Virus record (IMG/VR): IMGVR_UViG_3300046714_000079
Coordinates: 1-41,797 of that record
Strand: one strand, 5' to 3'
Length of the DNA: 41,797 bases
Source of the DNA: a virus
Below, in pieces: positions 31,719 to 38,509 of the stretch. The stretch's first letter is position 1. Every line of letters begins with the position of its first letter. The translations under genes and the position numbers were made by a program. The notes below the pieces were generated by a model. It searched no databases, was not told the origin of the DNA, and worked only from the letters and a program-made list of their open reading frames with translations.

Positions 31719-32408
31719 ATGGGGACCGAGCTGATGCCGGTTGACGAAGGAAGGGTCTTCGCCGCCATCGGCAGGCTTGAGGAGCGGTTCGATACTCTCA
31801 CCAAGAGATTCGATGCCCTCGAGGATCATGTCACCACGGAACAGCGCAAGGTTCACGACATCGTCGTGGCGCAGAGCGAAGCGGCGCGCATTCTGACGCG
31901 CGACGTTGCCGAGATGAAGCCGCTCACGGACGACTACCGGGAGAAGCGGGCGGAAGCTCGAGGGGCGGCCAGGCTCGCAGGCTGGCTCTACACGGCGGCG
32001 GCAGCGGCAGGCGGTATGATTGCCGTGGGCGCCGGCAAGCTCTTTGATCTGATCTCGAACCGACCGCACATCCCGGTCCTCGTGATTCTCGTGACGCTGC
32101 TGGCGATTGGCAGGGCGCTCGCAGCCGATGACGGCCGCTATGCGCAATCACCCCTGAAGGATTGGGTGAAGGGCCTGAAGGACAAGAACGGCGACGGCTG
32201 CTGCGATACGAGCGACGGGTTCCCGGCCGAGGTCGAATGGGACACCGAGAGCAACCACTATCGCGTCCGGATTGACGGCGCATGGCATGTGGTGCCGCCC
32301 GATGCGGTGCTGACGGAGCCGAACAAGCTCGGGTACCCGATGGTCTGGTATTGGTTCCTGAACGGCGTGCCGCAGATCAGGTGTTTCATTCCTGGCGCTG
32401 GCGGCTGA
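31719..32408 (+). CDS. DUF1515-like coiled-coil/TM protein fused to a signal-peptide-like segment and a Cys-containing C-terminal domain
   Basis: VFAAIGRLEERFDTLTKRFDALEDHVTTEQRKVHDIV plus TM is DUF1515-like. This is followed by IPVLVILVTLLAIGRALAADD and ...GDGCCDTSDG...IRCFIPG. ATG 31734 is an alternative start. Confidence 0.55.
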   Translation: MGTELMPVDEGRVFAAIGRLEERFDTLTKRFDALEDHVTTEQRKVHDIVVAQSEAARILTRDVAEMKPLTDDYREKRAEARGAARLAGWLYTAAAAAGGMIAVGAGKLFDLISNRPHIPVLVILVTLLAIGRALAADDGRYAQSPLKDWVKGLKDKNGDGCCDTSDGFPAEVEWDTESNHYRVRIDGAWHVVPPDAVLTEPNKLGYPMVWYWFLNGVPQIRCFIPGAGG

Positions 32409-32420
32409 CGCGCATATAGC

Positions 32421-32678
32421 TTAGGAGCGAGGGGATTCGTATTTGGCTTTGAGTTCAGCGAGTTTCTTCCGCTCTCGCTGTTCAACCTCAGCCGCCGCCC
32501 GAGCTTCGGCGTCGTCATTGGCAGCAAACCATCCGTCCATTGCCTTTTCTTTCTGCTCCGCGATCCATTCGGCCATCTGTTCTGGAATGCTATCGCTCCA
32601 ATTTAACCAGCAGTCGTGTTTGGCCTTGTGATCGTGCATCGAGAACTCGATCTTGATGCTTACTCGATGGTCTCCCAT
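32421..32678 (-). CDS. hypothetical protein (last gene of the leftward arm)
   Basis: 85 aa behind an AGGAGGG RBS. Convergent with the lysis arm, with a 12-nt gap. Confidence 0.6.
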   Translation of the reverse strand: MGDHRVSIKIEFSMHDHKAKHDCWLNWSDSIPEQMAEWIAEQKEKAMDGWFAANDDAEARAAAEVEQRERKKLAELKAKYESPRS

Positions 32679-32978
32679 CTATCCCTCCTTCGCGGGCAAT
32701 GACTGCTCAAATGCGCGAGCAGCTTCGGCGGTCGCCAGATCATCTTTGAAGCCGCCCTCCCAACTGCTGTTCGGCATCACGCCCTGCTTGTGGATGACGA
32801 ATAGCGCCAGTTTGGCCGCGCGGATCGCGGCATCCAGGCCCGCCCTCAGCCGCTCGATCTCGGCGGCGGCTTCGCGTTCGATCTCAATCAAGGCGTCGAT
32901 CGGAGGGCCGCCTATGGTCTGGCGGTTTTTCTCCCAACCGTCAGCATCTTTGCGCAGTCGTTCGGCGATGTCGGTCAT
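32679..32978 (-). CDS. hypothetical protein
   Basis: ORF 32679..32984 (TTG) trimmed to ATG 32978 behind GAGGA. Helical. Confidence 0.6.
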   Translation of the reverse strand: MTDIAERLRKDADGWEKNRQTIGGPPIDALIEIEREAAAEIERLRAGLDAAIRAAKLALFVIHKQGVMPNSSWEGGFKDDLATAEAARAFEQSLPAKEG

Positions 32979-32987
32979 TCTCAATCC

Positions 32988-33101
32988 TCAGGTAGCATCG
33001 CGGCATGGCTTGCACAGCCAGCCGATTCCCTCGACGCATTTCAGCGGCCTGATATTGCCGCAGCGCCAGCACAGCGGTCGAGGGTCAAGACATGCGGCCA
33101 T
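32988..33101 (-). CDS. zinc-ribbon mini-protein (37 aa)
   Basis: ORF 32988..33215 trimmed to MAACLDPRPLCWRCGNIRPLKCVEGIGWLCKPCRDAT. The longer form overlaps the upstream gene. Confidence 0.45.
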   Translation of the reverse strand: MAACLDPRPLCWRCGNIRPLKCVEGIGWLCKPCRDAT

Positions 33102-33108
33102 CTCTGCC

Positions 33109-33366
33109 TCACAGCGCGTGTTTCTGTCCGTCGTAAGGACGCCATTCGTCGAGGTAGTGCAGCGACGAATTCTCATCGTGGGCGTCGCGCCATTCCCCTC
33201 CGTTCCAGTAGGCAATCATGCGGTGACGGCCGCGCGTGCGGTCGCCCCAATTGTAGCCGCGCACCTCGATCTCGGTGCCGTCCTTCGGCGCCGTCGCGAT
33301 CTTCTGCCACGGACGAACCCGCGTTGCCTTGGCTGCGGCCTTGGCTCTCTGTAGTCCTGCGCCCAT
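33109..33366 (-). CDS. DUF551-like protein (W-x-x-I-x-x-A-P-K-D-G type)
   Basis: ORF 33109..33462 trimmed to ATG 33366 behind AGGAG. Contains PWQKIATAPKDGTEIEVRGYNW. Confidence 0.6.
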   Translation of the reverse strand: MGAGLQRAKAAAKATRVRPWQKIATAPKDGTEIEVRGYNWGDRTRGRHRMIAYWNGGEWRDAHDENSSLHYLDEWRPYDGQKHAL

Positions 33367-33392
33367 TTTCAATTTCTCCTGTGCAGTGCATT

Positions 33393-33593
33393 TTAGGTGA
33401 TGCGAATCTCTCGTCGCGGGCACCCAAAACCTCGGCAGGTTTTCTCGGCTCCGACAGGGCACACGCAGCCTCTCACGGGGCCAAGCGTCTGGATCGGAGT
33501 GATGAGCCCCTGCACGACTTCAGCAGCGCGCTCCTGCTCGCTGTAGTGCAGATCATGCTCACGCAGTTTTCTCAACAGATAGGCAGTATCCAT
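33393..33593 (-). CDS. hypothetical Cys-containing protein
   Basis: 66 aa behind AGGAGG. Confidence 0.55.
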   Translation of the reverse strand: MDTAYLLRKLREHDLHYSEQERAAEVVQGLITPIQTLGPVRGCVCPVGAEKTCRGFGCPRREIRIT

Positions 33594-33628
33594 TTCATCC
33601 TCCTATGCGGTGACGACGCAGGAGCGAA

Positions 33629-34465
33629 TTACGCGAGCTCGCATTGCAGCCCGCACTCAACGTCAAACTCAAGGTCGTCCGGTTCCTCAAAGAGCGTTGG
33701 CGACCGGCGAACCTGATCCACCAGCCCTTCAACGCGGTCGCGCTTGTCGAACCACCCATCTTGCTCGCGCTCTCTGTCAGCCCACCACGTCGCAACGCTC
33801 GGATCGTCACGAATGATGCGCTTGCGGATGCCTTTGCCTTTCTGAAAGCAAAGGTCGCAGTTGCCCTCCCACGGCTCCAGTCCAAGATCGAAGGCTTGGG
33901 CACGCCAGAAGGCGAGCACGTCAGCCTTGATCCGCTTGGCCTTCGCAATGGGATACAGCACGCGGCGGCTGTCCTTTTCTGCGCGGTCCATCCCCTTGAA
34001 TATTCGCAGGCCCTCATCGTGCCGCAGCCCGATGATCTCGGCGTACTGCCCCGGCTCCAGTCCGAGCTGGGCGCGCATGTGCCCGTACATCGGGAGCACC
34101 TTGAGAAACTGAGTACACCAGCGCTCGTGACCGTTCGGTAGGCGCTGTTTCTGGTCGATCAGGGCTTTGAACGGCTCGCCCATGCGGCTCGCGCTGTTGA
34201 ACCCGACCTCCTCGAACCCCGGCTTGCCGGGGCGCCATTCGAGCCAGCGGACCCTTACGCCCCAGCGCGTAGCGCACTCGTGAACGAACCGAAGCGTTTC
34301 CGGGCGCTCCTTGCCGGTGTTGGCAAAGCATACCTGCAAGTCATCCGGAAGCGTGCCGCCGTGCGCCCGCACGATCTCGTGCAGCATGTAGCCGCTCGTG
34401 CGGCCGCCGCTGAATGAGATCAGCGCCGGGCCGTCGATCAGATACGGGTTCGGCCGGTCAAGCAT
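33629..34465 (-). CDS. PAPS reductase / PP-loop ATP-pyrophosphatase family protein
   Basis: PP-loop ISFSGGRTSGYML. ...IIGLRHDE... and C-terminal NCDLCFQKGKG are typical of phage PAPS-reductase-like (DndC/IbrA-related) proteins. Confidence 0.8.
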   Translation of the reverse strand: MLDRPNPYLIDGPALISFSGGRTSGYMLHEIVRAHGGTLPDDLQVCFANTGKERPETLRFVHECATRWGVRVRWLEWRPGKPGFEEVGFNSASRMGEPFKALIDQKQRLPNGHERWCTQFLKVLPMYGHMRAQLGLEPGQYAEIIGLRHDEGLRIFKGMDRAEKDSRRVLYPIAKAKRIKADVLAFWRAQAFDLGLEPWEGNCDLCFQKGKGIRKRIIRDDPSVATWWADREREQDGWFDKRDRVEGLVDQVRRSPTLFEEPDDLEFDVECGLQCELA

Positions 34466-34679
34466 CGCTCGCTGTTTCCCCAGGAACGAGTGGCGCAGCC
34501 GCGATGGTGGCGAGTTCGCTCTTCTTGATTTCGATCAGGCGCTCGGCCCATTCGATAGCTTTCGCCGTCTCGATCGCGCTGCCGCCGACTAAAATTTGAA
34601 CGAACCCGCCTCCCTCGAAACGCCATTCACCGATACAGCGGACATCGCCGCCGAAATAGAGAACTCGATTGTCAGCCAT
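34458..34679 (-). CDS. hypothetical protein
   Basis: 73-aa ORF with an 8-nt overlap onto the PAPS-reductase-like start. Confidence 0.55.
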   Translation of the reverse strand: MADNRVLYFGGDVRCIGEWRFEGGGFVQILVGGSAIETAKAIEWAERLIEIKKSELATIAAAPLVPGETASDA

Positions 34680-34703
34680 CGTCTTCTCCTCAATCCTGCA
34701 TGA

Positions 34704-34841
34704 TCAGCGGCGGCGGCCCCAATGGTCGTCGTCCTGTGTCTGAAAGCACTCGGCCACGATCTCCTTCGTTGCCTTCTCGCCGAGCGCGGCAATAGCTTGG
34801 TAGATCGCAGCGCGCAGCGCGGCGCGTATTTGCTGGCTCAT
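34704..34841 (-). CDS. small hypothetical protein (45 aa)
   Basis: Hand-translated as MSQQIRAALRAAIYQAIAALGEKATKEIVAECFQTQDDDHWGRRR, behind a GAGGG RBS. Confidence 0.45.
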   Translation of the reverse strand: MSQQIRAALRAAIYQAIAALGEKATKEIVAECFQTQDDDHWGRRR

Positions 34842-34859
34842 GTTTCCCTCACTGCCGCC

Positions 34860-35078
34860 TTATGACCGCGCGAGCGCGTCGGCGAGGATGCGGCGCAACT
34901 CGGGTCCGTCGTCGGGTGTCGTGATCTCGATGGCTTCCTCGCAATTGTCCTCGGTGAGTTCGGAGACGATCAGGAAGCCCTTGCCCTTGCAGTGGTCGCA
35001 TCTGTCCGAGTCCCAATCGCTGACCGGCTCGATGGAGCCTTCATCGCAGTTCCAGCACGGCACTTTGTATCGCTTCAT
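34860..35078 (-). CDS. DnaJ-type zinc-finger mini-protein
   Basis: CWNCDEGS ... CDHCKGKGF (CxxC / CxxCxGxG). Confidence 0.6.
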   Translation of the reverse strand: MKRYKVPCWNCDEGSIEPVSDWDSDRCDHCKGKGFLIVSELTEDNCEEAIEITTPDDGPELRRILADALARS

Positions 35079-35105
35079 CGTGCGCTCCTTGACAGGCTGT
35101 GCAGG

Positions 35106-35441
35106 CTAAGAAAAATCTCCGACCATCAGGTCGTAGGTTCCATCGCCGTGCCCGATGACGTGGTGTCCGTCGATTGGCTGGTGACGCGGCGCGGCGCCCT
35201 TCCATGACCGCTCCGTGATGTACGAGAGCATCAGTTCTGGCGTGAGGCCGCTGCCGTATTCGTCCTCGATCTTGGCGCCGGGTTTCGACCAGAGAGATTG
35301 CCAGTCGGCGAGAGACTTGATGTCTCCATCGACATGGAGGGCAAAGCACCAGCCGGCCGACGACTTGCCAATGTGCTTGCGATCCTCGCCGCGCCCGCAG
35401 TGAGGGCAAGTGTCTCCGATCAGATAGTAGTTCGTTCCCAT
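35106..35441 (-). CDS. hypothetical protein with an N-terminal CxxC
   Basis: 111 aa, MGTNYYLIGDTCPHCGRGEDRKHIGKSSAGWCFALHV. The pattern looks conserved among phages, but I cannot name the family. Confidence 0.6.
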   Translation of the reverse strand: MGTNYYLIGDTCPHCGRGEDRKHIGKSSAGWCFALHVDGDIKSLADWQSLWSKPGAKIEDEYGSGLTPELMLSYITERSWKGAAPRHQPIDGHHVIGHGDGTYDLMVGDFS

Positions 35442-35454
35442 CGCATTCTCCTCG

Positions 35455-35784
35455 TCATCGCGCGTGTTCGGGATTCGGCATCAGCCGATATGCTTCGACG
35501 CCGCTCCAGTTGAGCGCGCCGGCACGCTGCCGCGTGGTCGTGCCCCAGAGCCATGGGTCGCGCCATTTCACCTCGACCCGCTGCTCTCCGTCGATCGGGC
35601 ATGCTCCGCCGTCGTGGTCGGTCCAGTCTCTCGCTCTGCCGCCGAGAGCGTTTTCGGTGGGGCAATCGGGAGAGTTGTTTCGGCTAGAGGCGGGGCTTTT
35701 TGACTGCCCCACTTCCGCTAAGTCGCGAGCCTGTCCCGAATTCGCGGCCCCTCCACTCCTGCCACCCGGCGAATTATCGTCCAT
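35455..35784 (-). CDS. hypothetical protein (start uncertain; N-terminal third may be non-coding attP DNA)
   Basis: The C-terminal ~65 aa (DWTDHDGGACPIDGEQRVEVKWRDPWLWG...) look protein-like. The N-terminal part is low-complexity, overlaps the int stop by 11 nt and carries two GTGGGGCA motifs. Confidence 0.4.
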   Translation of the reverse strand: MDDNSPGGRSGGAANSGQARDLAEVGQSKSPASSRNNSPDCPTENALGGRARDWTDHDGGACPIDGEQRVEVKWRDPWLWGTTTRQRAGALNWSGVEAYRLMPNPEHAR

Positions 35785-35825
35785 TTTTCAATACCTTAGA
35801 AAGTGGGGCACTAGCGGGTGGGGCA
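35656..35825. other. Candidate attP / integrase-binding region: four GTGGGGCA motifs around the integrase stop codon
   Basis: GTGGGGCA at 35657..35664 (+), 35705..35712 (inverted), 35803..35810 (+) and 35818..35825 (+). I found no other exact copy in the window by eye. Confidence 0.4.
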
Positions 35826-36916
35826 GGTTCGTTCTCTGTTCGGTCGCCTGCCAGCAGCCGCGCGGCTTCGCCGGCCAGCTTCTTCCGGTCGGCAGCTGCG
35901 GTGTAGACGGTCGCCTGGTTCGCTGTCGTCCAGCCGTACAGCGCCATCAGCTGGCGGTCGGTGGCCCCGCGCTCAGCCGCGATCGCCGCGCCGGCCTTGC
36001 GCAGCCCGTGGGCGGTGCAGTGCTCGAGCCCGGCCTCATCGCACCGTTTCCGGAACCACGCTCCAAATCCAGCTGCGGAGAACGCCCGGCCGTATTCCGT
36101 CTCGAGGAAGGTCAGCTCGCCGGTCGGGCTCGCGGCTAGGATCCGGGCGAGCTCCGGCACGATCGGGATCTCTAGCATGGTCGAGCGGCGGTAGCTGGTC
36201 TTCCGCGGGACGAACCGGATCCAGCCGTCCTTGACGTGCTGCCGGCCGAACGTCACCACGTCGCCCCGGCGCGGGCCAGTGAACAGCAGCAGCGCCAGCG
36301 CCAGCCGCGCCTTGGATCCGACCGGGTGCCGGGCCTCGAATTGCAGGACCTCGGCCGGCGTCCAGCTGTGGAAGCCCGCGCTGGCGTACCGGACCGGCTT
36401 CACGTCTCGAGCCGGATTCGCCCGCAGGACGCCCCGGTTGACCGCCCAGCCGAACAGGGCGGACAAGTATTTCAGGCGATTGTTGGCGGCCCCTGGCTTG
36501 TCCGTGCGGCGGTCGCGCAGCATCAGCATGTGCGGGGCGGCGAGGTGCTCGAGCGGGCACATTGCCATCAGGTCGGCGGATCCTGGCTCCCGCGGCTCGA
36601 GCAGGCACGCCTCGAGGATGCCCCGGCGGGTGCTCTGCGATCGCGGATCCAGCGCCTTGAACTCCGGGGATCCGAAATAGGAGGCCGCCAGCCAGCCCAG
36701 CGTGCCCGTGGGGGCGCTCCGGCGCAGTTGCGGCGCGCGGGTGGGCGCGTTCTCCAGCTGCTCGAGCGCCGCCGTGTAGGCCGCTGCAAAGGCCGCTGTG
36801 CCCGGCCGCTCCCGGATCCGGACCTTGCGGCCGTTCTTGCGCACGAAAAGCCGGCGGTTGCCGTGCCGGTCAGTGTCGGGCATCAAATAGGGGAGATCCA
36901 GCCGCATGGGTTTCAT
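35774..36916 (-). CDS. int: tyrosine recombinase / phage integrase
   Basis: ORF 35774..36970 trimmed to ATG 36916 behind GGAGGTG (ATGA overlap with the upstream ORF). Catalytic blocks LLFTGPRRGD, HGLRKAGAA, LMALYGWTTANQATVY. Confidence 0.9.
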   Translation of the reverse strand: MKPMRLDLPYLMPDTDRHGNRRLFVRKNGRKVRIRERPGTAAFAAAYTAALEQLENAPTRAPQLRRSAPTGTLGWLAASYFGSPEFKALDPRSQSTRRGILEACLLEPREPGSADLMAMCPLEHLAAPHMLMLRDRRTDKPGAANNRLKYLSALFGWAVNRGVLRANPARDVKPVRYASAGFHSWTPAEVLQFEARHPVGSKARLALALLLFTGPRRGDVVTFGRQHVKDGWIRFVPRKTSYRRSTMLEIPIVPELARILAASPTGELTFLETEYGRAFSAAGFGAWFRKRCDEAGLEHCTAHGLRKAGAAIAAERGATDRQLMALYGWTTANQATVYTAAADRKKLAGEAARLLAGDRTENEPAPPASAPLSKVLKNGR

Positions 36917-37107
36917 GCCTTCACCTCCCCCCATCGGGAGGGACGGGCATCCTGCTGCTGTTCGTTCCACGGAACAATCGGGGCGTCACCCTCCTGCACA
37001 AGCACGGTTCCGTCCGGCCGGATGCCGATCACGCGCAGCCCGGCCTCGCGCGCGGCAGTGATCGCGCGGTTGACGCGGGCCTTGGTGAAGGGCAGGCGCT
37101 GGGTCAT
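36913..37107 (-). CDS. small protein coupled to int; candidate recombination directionality factor
   Basis: 64 aa, MTQRLPFTKARVNRAITAAREAGLRVIGIRPDGTVLV. Coupled by ATGA at both ends. No canonical Xis HTH recognised. Confidence 0.5.
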   Translation of the reverse strand: MTQRLPFTKARVNRAITAAREAGLRVIGIRPDGTVLVQEGDAPIVPWNEQQQDARPSRWGEVKA

Positions 37108-37691
37108 GCGGGCTCGGCCTTGGCGAGAACGCGACCGCTCGCGGCATCGATCCGCAGTCCATGGAGCGGACAGGTGATCACACCGTCAACCGGAGCAATG
37201 CTGCCGAGCGGAAACCGTTGGTGTGGGCAGATGATGCCGACCTTACTCGCGCGACATTGCTTGCCGGCAAAGGCGGCTTGCATGGCGAGAACGGTCTTTT
37301 GTCCGGCATGCTCCCAAGTCGTGTCGAGCGAGGTGCATTTCATCCTGCGCAATTGCGGGCGCGGAGGGCCGTTCGGCAAATCACGATGATTGAGAGGCTT
37401 GCCTTGGAGGACTCCGAGCGGTGACCGAAAGCCCCACTCGAACTCCTTCCAGTGTCGCTTTGTCAGAAAGCGTGGATCTAGATGATAGTGTTTGAATTCG
37501 AACTTGAAGAACTCACGATCATCGTGTTTCCGCCCCCACACCGGCCACCATTTGGCGTCCGGTAATGCCTGCAGGGTCTTCAGCGCCTCGGGCTCGCCCC
37601 AAGTAGAACTGAACGACCATAGGACCGATGGCACGAGGTAAAATCGGCCAACGACTGGCGGGGCGGTCAGCATGTCTGCGCGCTCAACCAT
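37104..37691 (-). CDS. Rieske [2Fe-2S] domain protein with a His/Asp-rich N-terminal domain
   Basis: ORF 37104..37871 trimmed to ATG 37691 behind GAGG. Exact Rieske signature C-P-H-x16-C-P-L-H (ICPHQRFPLGSIAPVDGVITCPLHG). N-terminal half contains KHDDREFFKFEFKHYHLD. Confidence 0.7.
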   Translation of the reverse strand: MVERADMLTAPPVVGRFYLVPSVLWSFSSTWGEPEALKTLQALPDAKWWPVWGRKHDDREFFKFEFKHYHLDPRFLTKRHWKEFEWGFRSPLGVLQGKPLNHRDLPNGPPRPQLRRMKCTSLDTTWEHAGQKTVLAMQAAFAGKQCRASKVGIICPHQRFPLGSIAPVDGVITCPLHGLRIDAASGRVLAKAEPA

Positions 37692-37959
37692 TGTCGCCTC
37701 GCTGCTGAGGGTAGAGCGCAGGAAGTGGCTGCGCCGCAGGGGTTTCCGGCTCATCCGGATTCCAGCCGCCCTTACCCTTGCAGAGATCGCAGCGCGTCGG
37801 CGCGCAGCAAAGCTCGGAGTCGTCTGGATCGCAGTCGGCACCCGAGCAACAATCTTCGAAGCATCCTGCAAGCAGCCCCGTGCCAGAGCAGGCCCAGCAC
37901 TCGACCCACGGCTCGTGATCGTTCGGCCCTTGGTAGGTATCGCTGATCGGTCCCGGCAT
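37684..37959 (-). CDS. Cys-rich DnaJ-type zinc-finger protein
   Basis: CWACSGTG ... CDLCKGKGGW, plus eight more Cys in 91 aa. Confidence 0.6.
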   Translation of the reverse strand: MPGPISDTYQGPNDHEPWVECWACSGTGLLAGCFEDCCSGADCDPDDSELCCAPTRCDLCKGKGGWNPDEPETPAAQPLPALYPQQRGDNG

Positions 37960-38153
37960 CAGCCGAAGTCCCGTTCGTCGCGCATCTTGTCGTATTCGTA
38001 GTCAGGATCGCGCCAGCTAGTACGGCACTTTCCGGTGCATTCGTCCGGCGCCCAGCCGTGCCGACTTGCGTTCGGATTGGCGCCGCAGAACTCGCAGCGG
38101 TCATCGTCCGGGTTGTGGGTTTTCCAGTCGTCGTAGCCGGGGAGGTCAGTCAT
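37959..38153 (-). CDS. hypothetical Cys-containing mini-protein
   Basis: 64 aa, DDRCEFCGANPNASRHGWAPDECTGKC. Confidence 0.55.
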   Translation of the reverse strand: MTDLPGYDDWKTHNPDDDRCEFCGANPNASRHGWAPDECTGKCRTSWRDPDYEYDKMRDERDFG

Positions 38154-38500
38154 GCGCCTACCCCGAACTGAGCGTTGTCACGCACGAATTCGTTCGCCGG
38201 TTCAAGATCGGCCAGCGTGTCGGCCTCAAGCTCGGATCGGTAGCGGCACCATACGCGCCTAAACTCGACGGCCTCGGGGTCGCTAATCCAAATGCTGTTG
38301 GCCCAATCGCCTGCGTCATGATCCCATCGTGTGTGCTTCGTGATAATACGGATGCCGGAAATGGAATTGTTCGGCATCGGCTCGATATGCTGAACGTCCG
38401 CAAGCGGGACGATCACGCTGCCGCTGTAGATGCTCTCGGTGACGGTGTTCATTCTGCGTCTCTCCTGCCTGCGGGCTGCCTCGTTCATTGGAATTTTCAT
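38150..38500 (-). CDS. hypothetical protein
   Basis: 116-aa ORF, ATGA-coupled downstream. ATG 38488 is an alternative start. Confidence 0.55.
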   Translation of the reverse strand: MKIPMNEAARRQERRRMNTVTESIYSGSVIVPLADVQHIEPMPNNSISGIRIITKHTRWDHDAGDWANSIWISDPEAVEFRRVWCRYRSELEADTLADLEPANEFVRDNAQFGVGA

Positions 38501-38509
38501 GGCGTGCGC

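Noticed and set aside
35818-35855. A ggttcg-containing stretch near the int 3' end, considered as a tRNA T-arm fragment (attP core)
   Set aside because: No complementary T-stem, acceptor stem or CCA context could be drawn on either strand. The same holds for the reverse complement of the 20-nt repeat (ggttcggattcgga).
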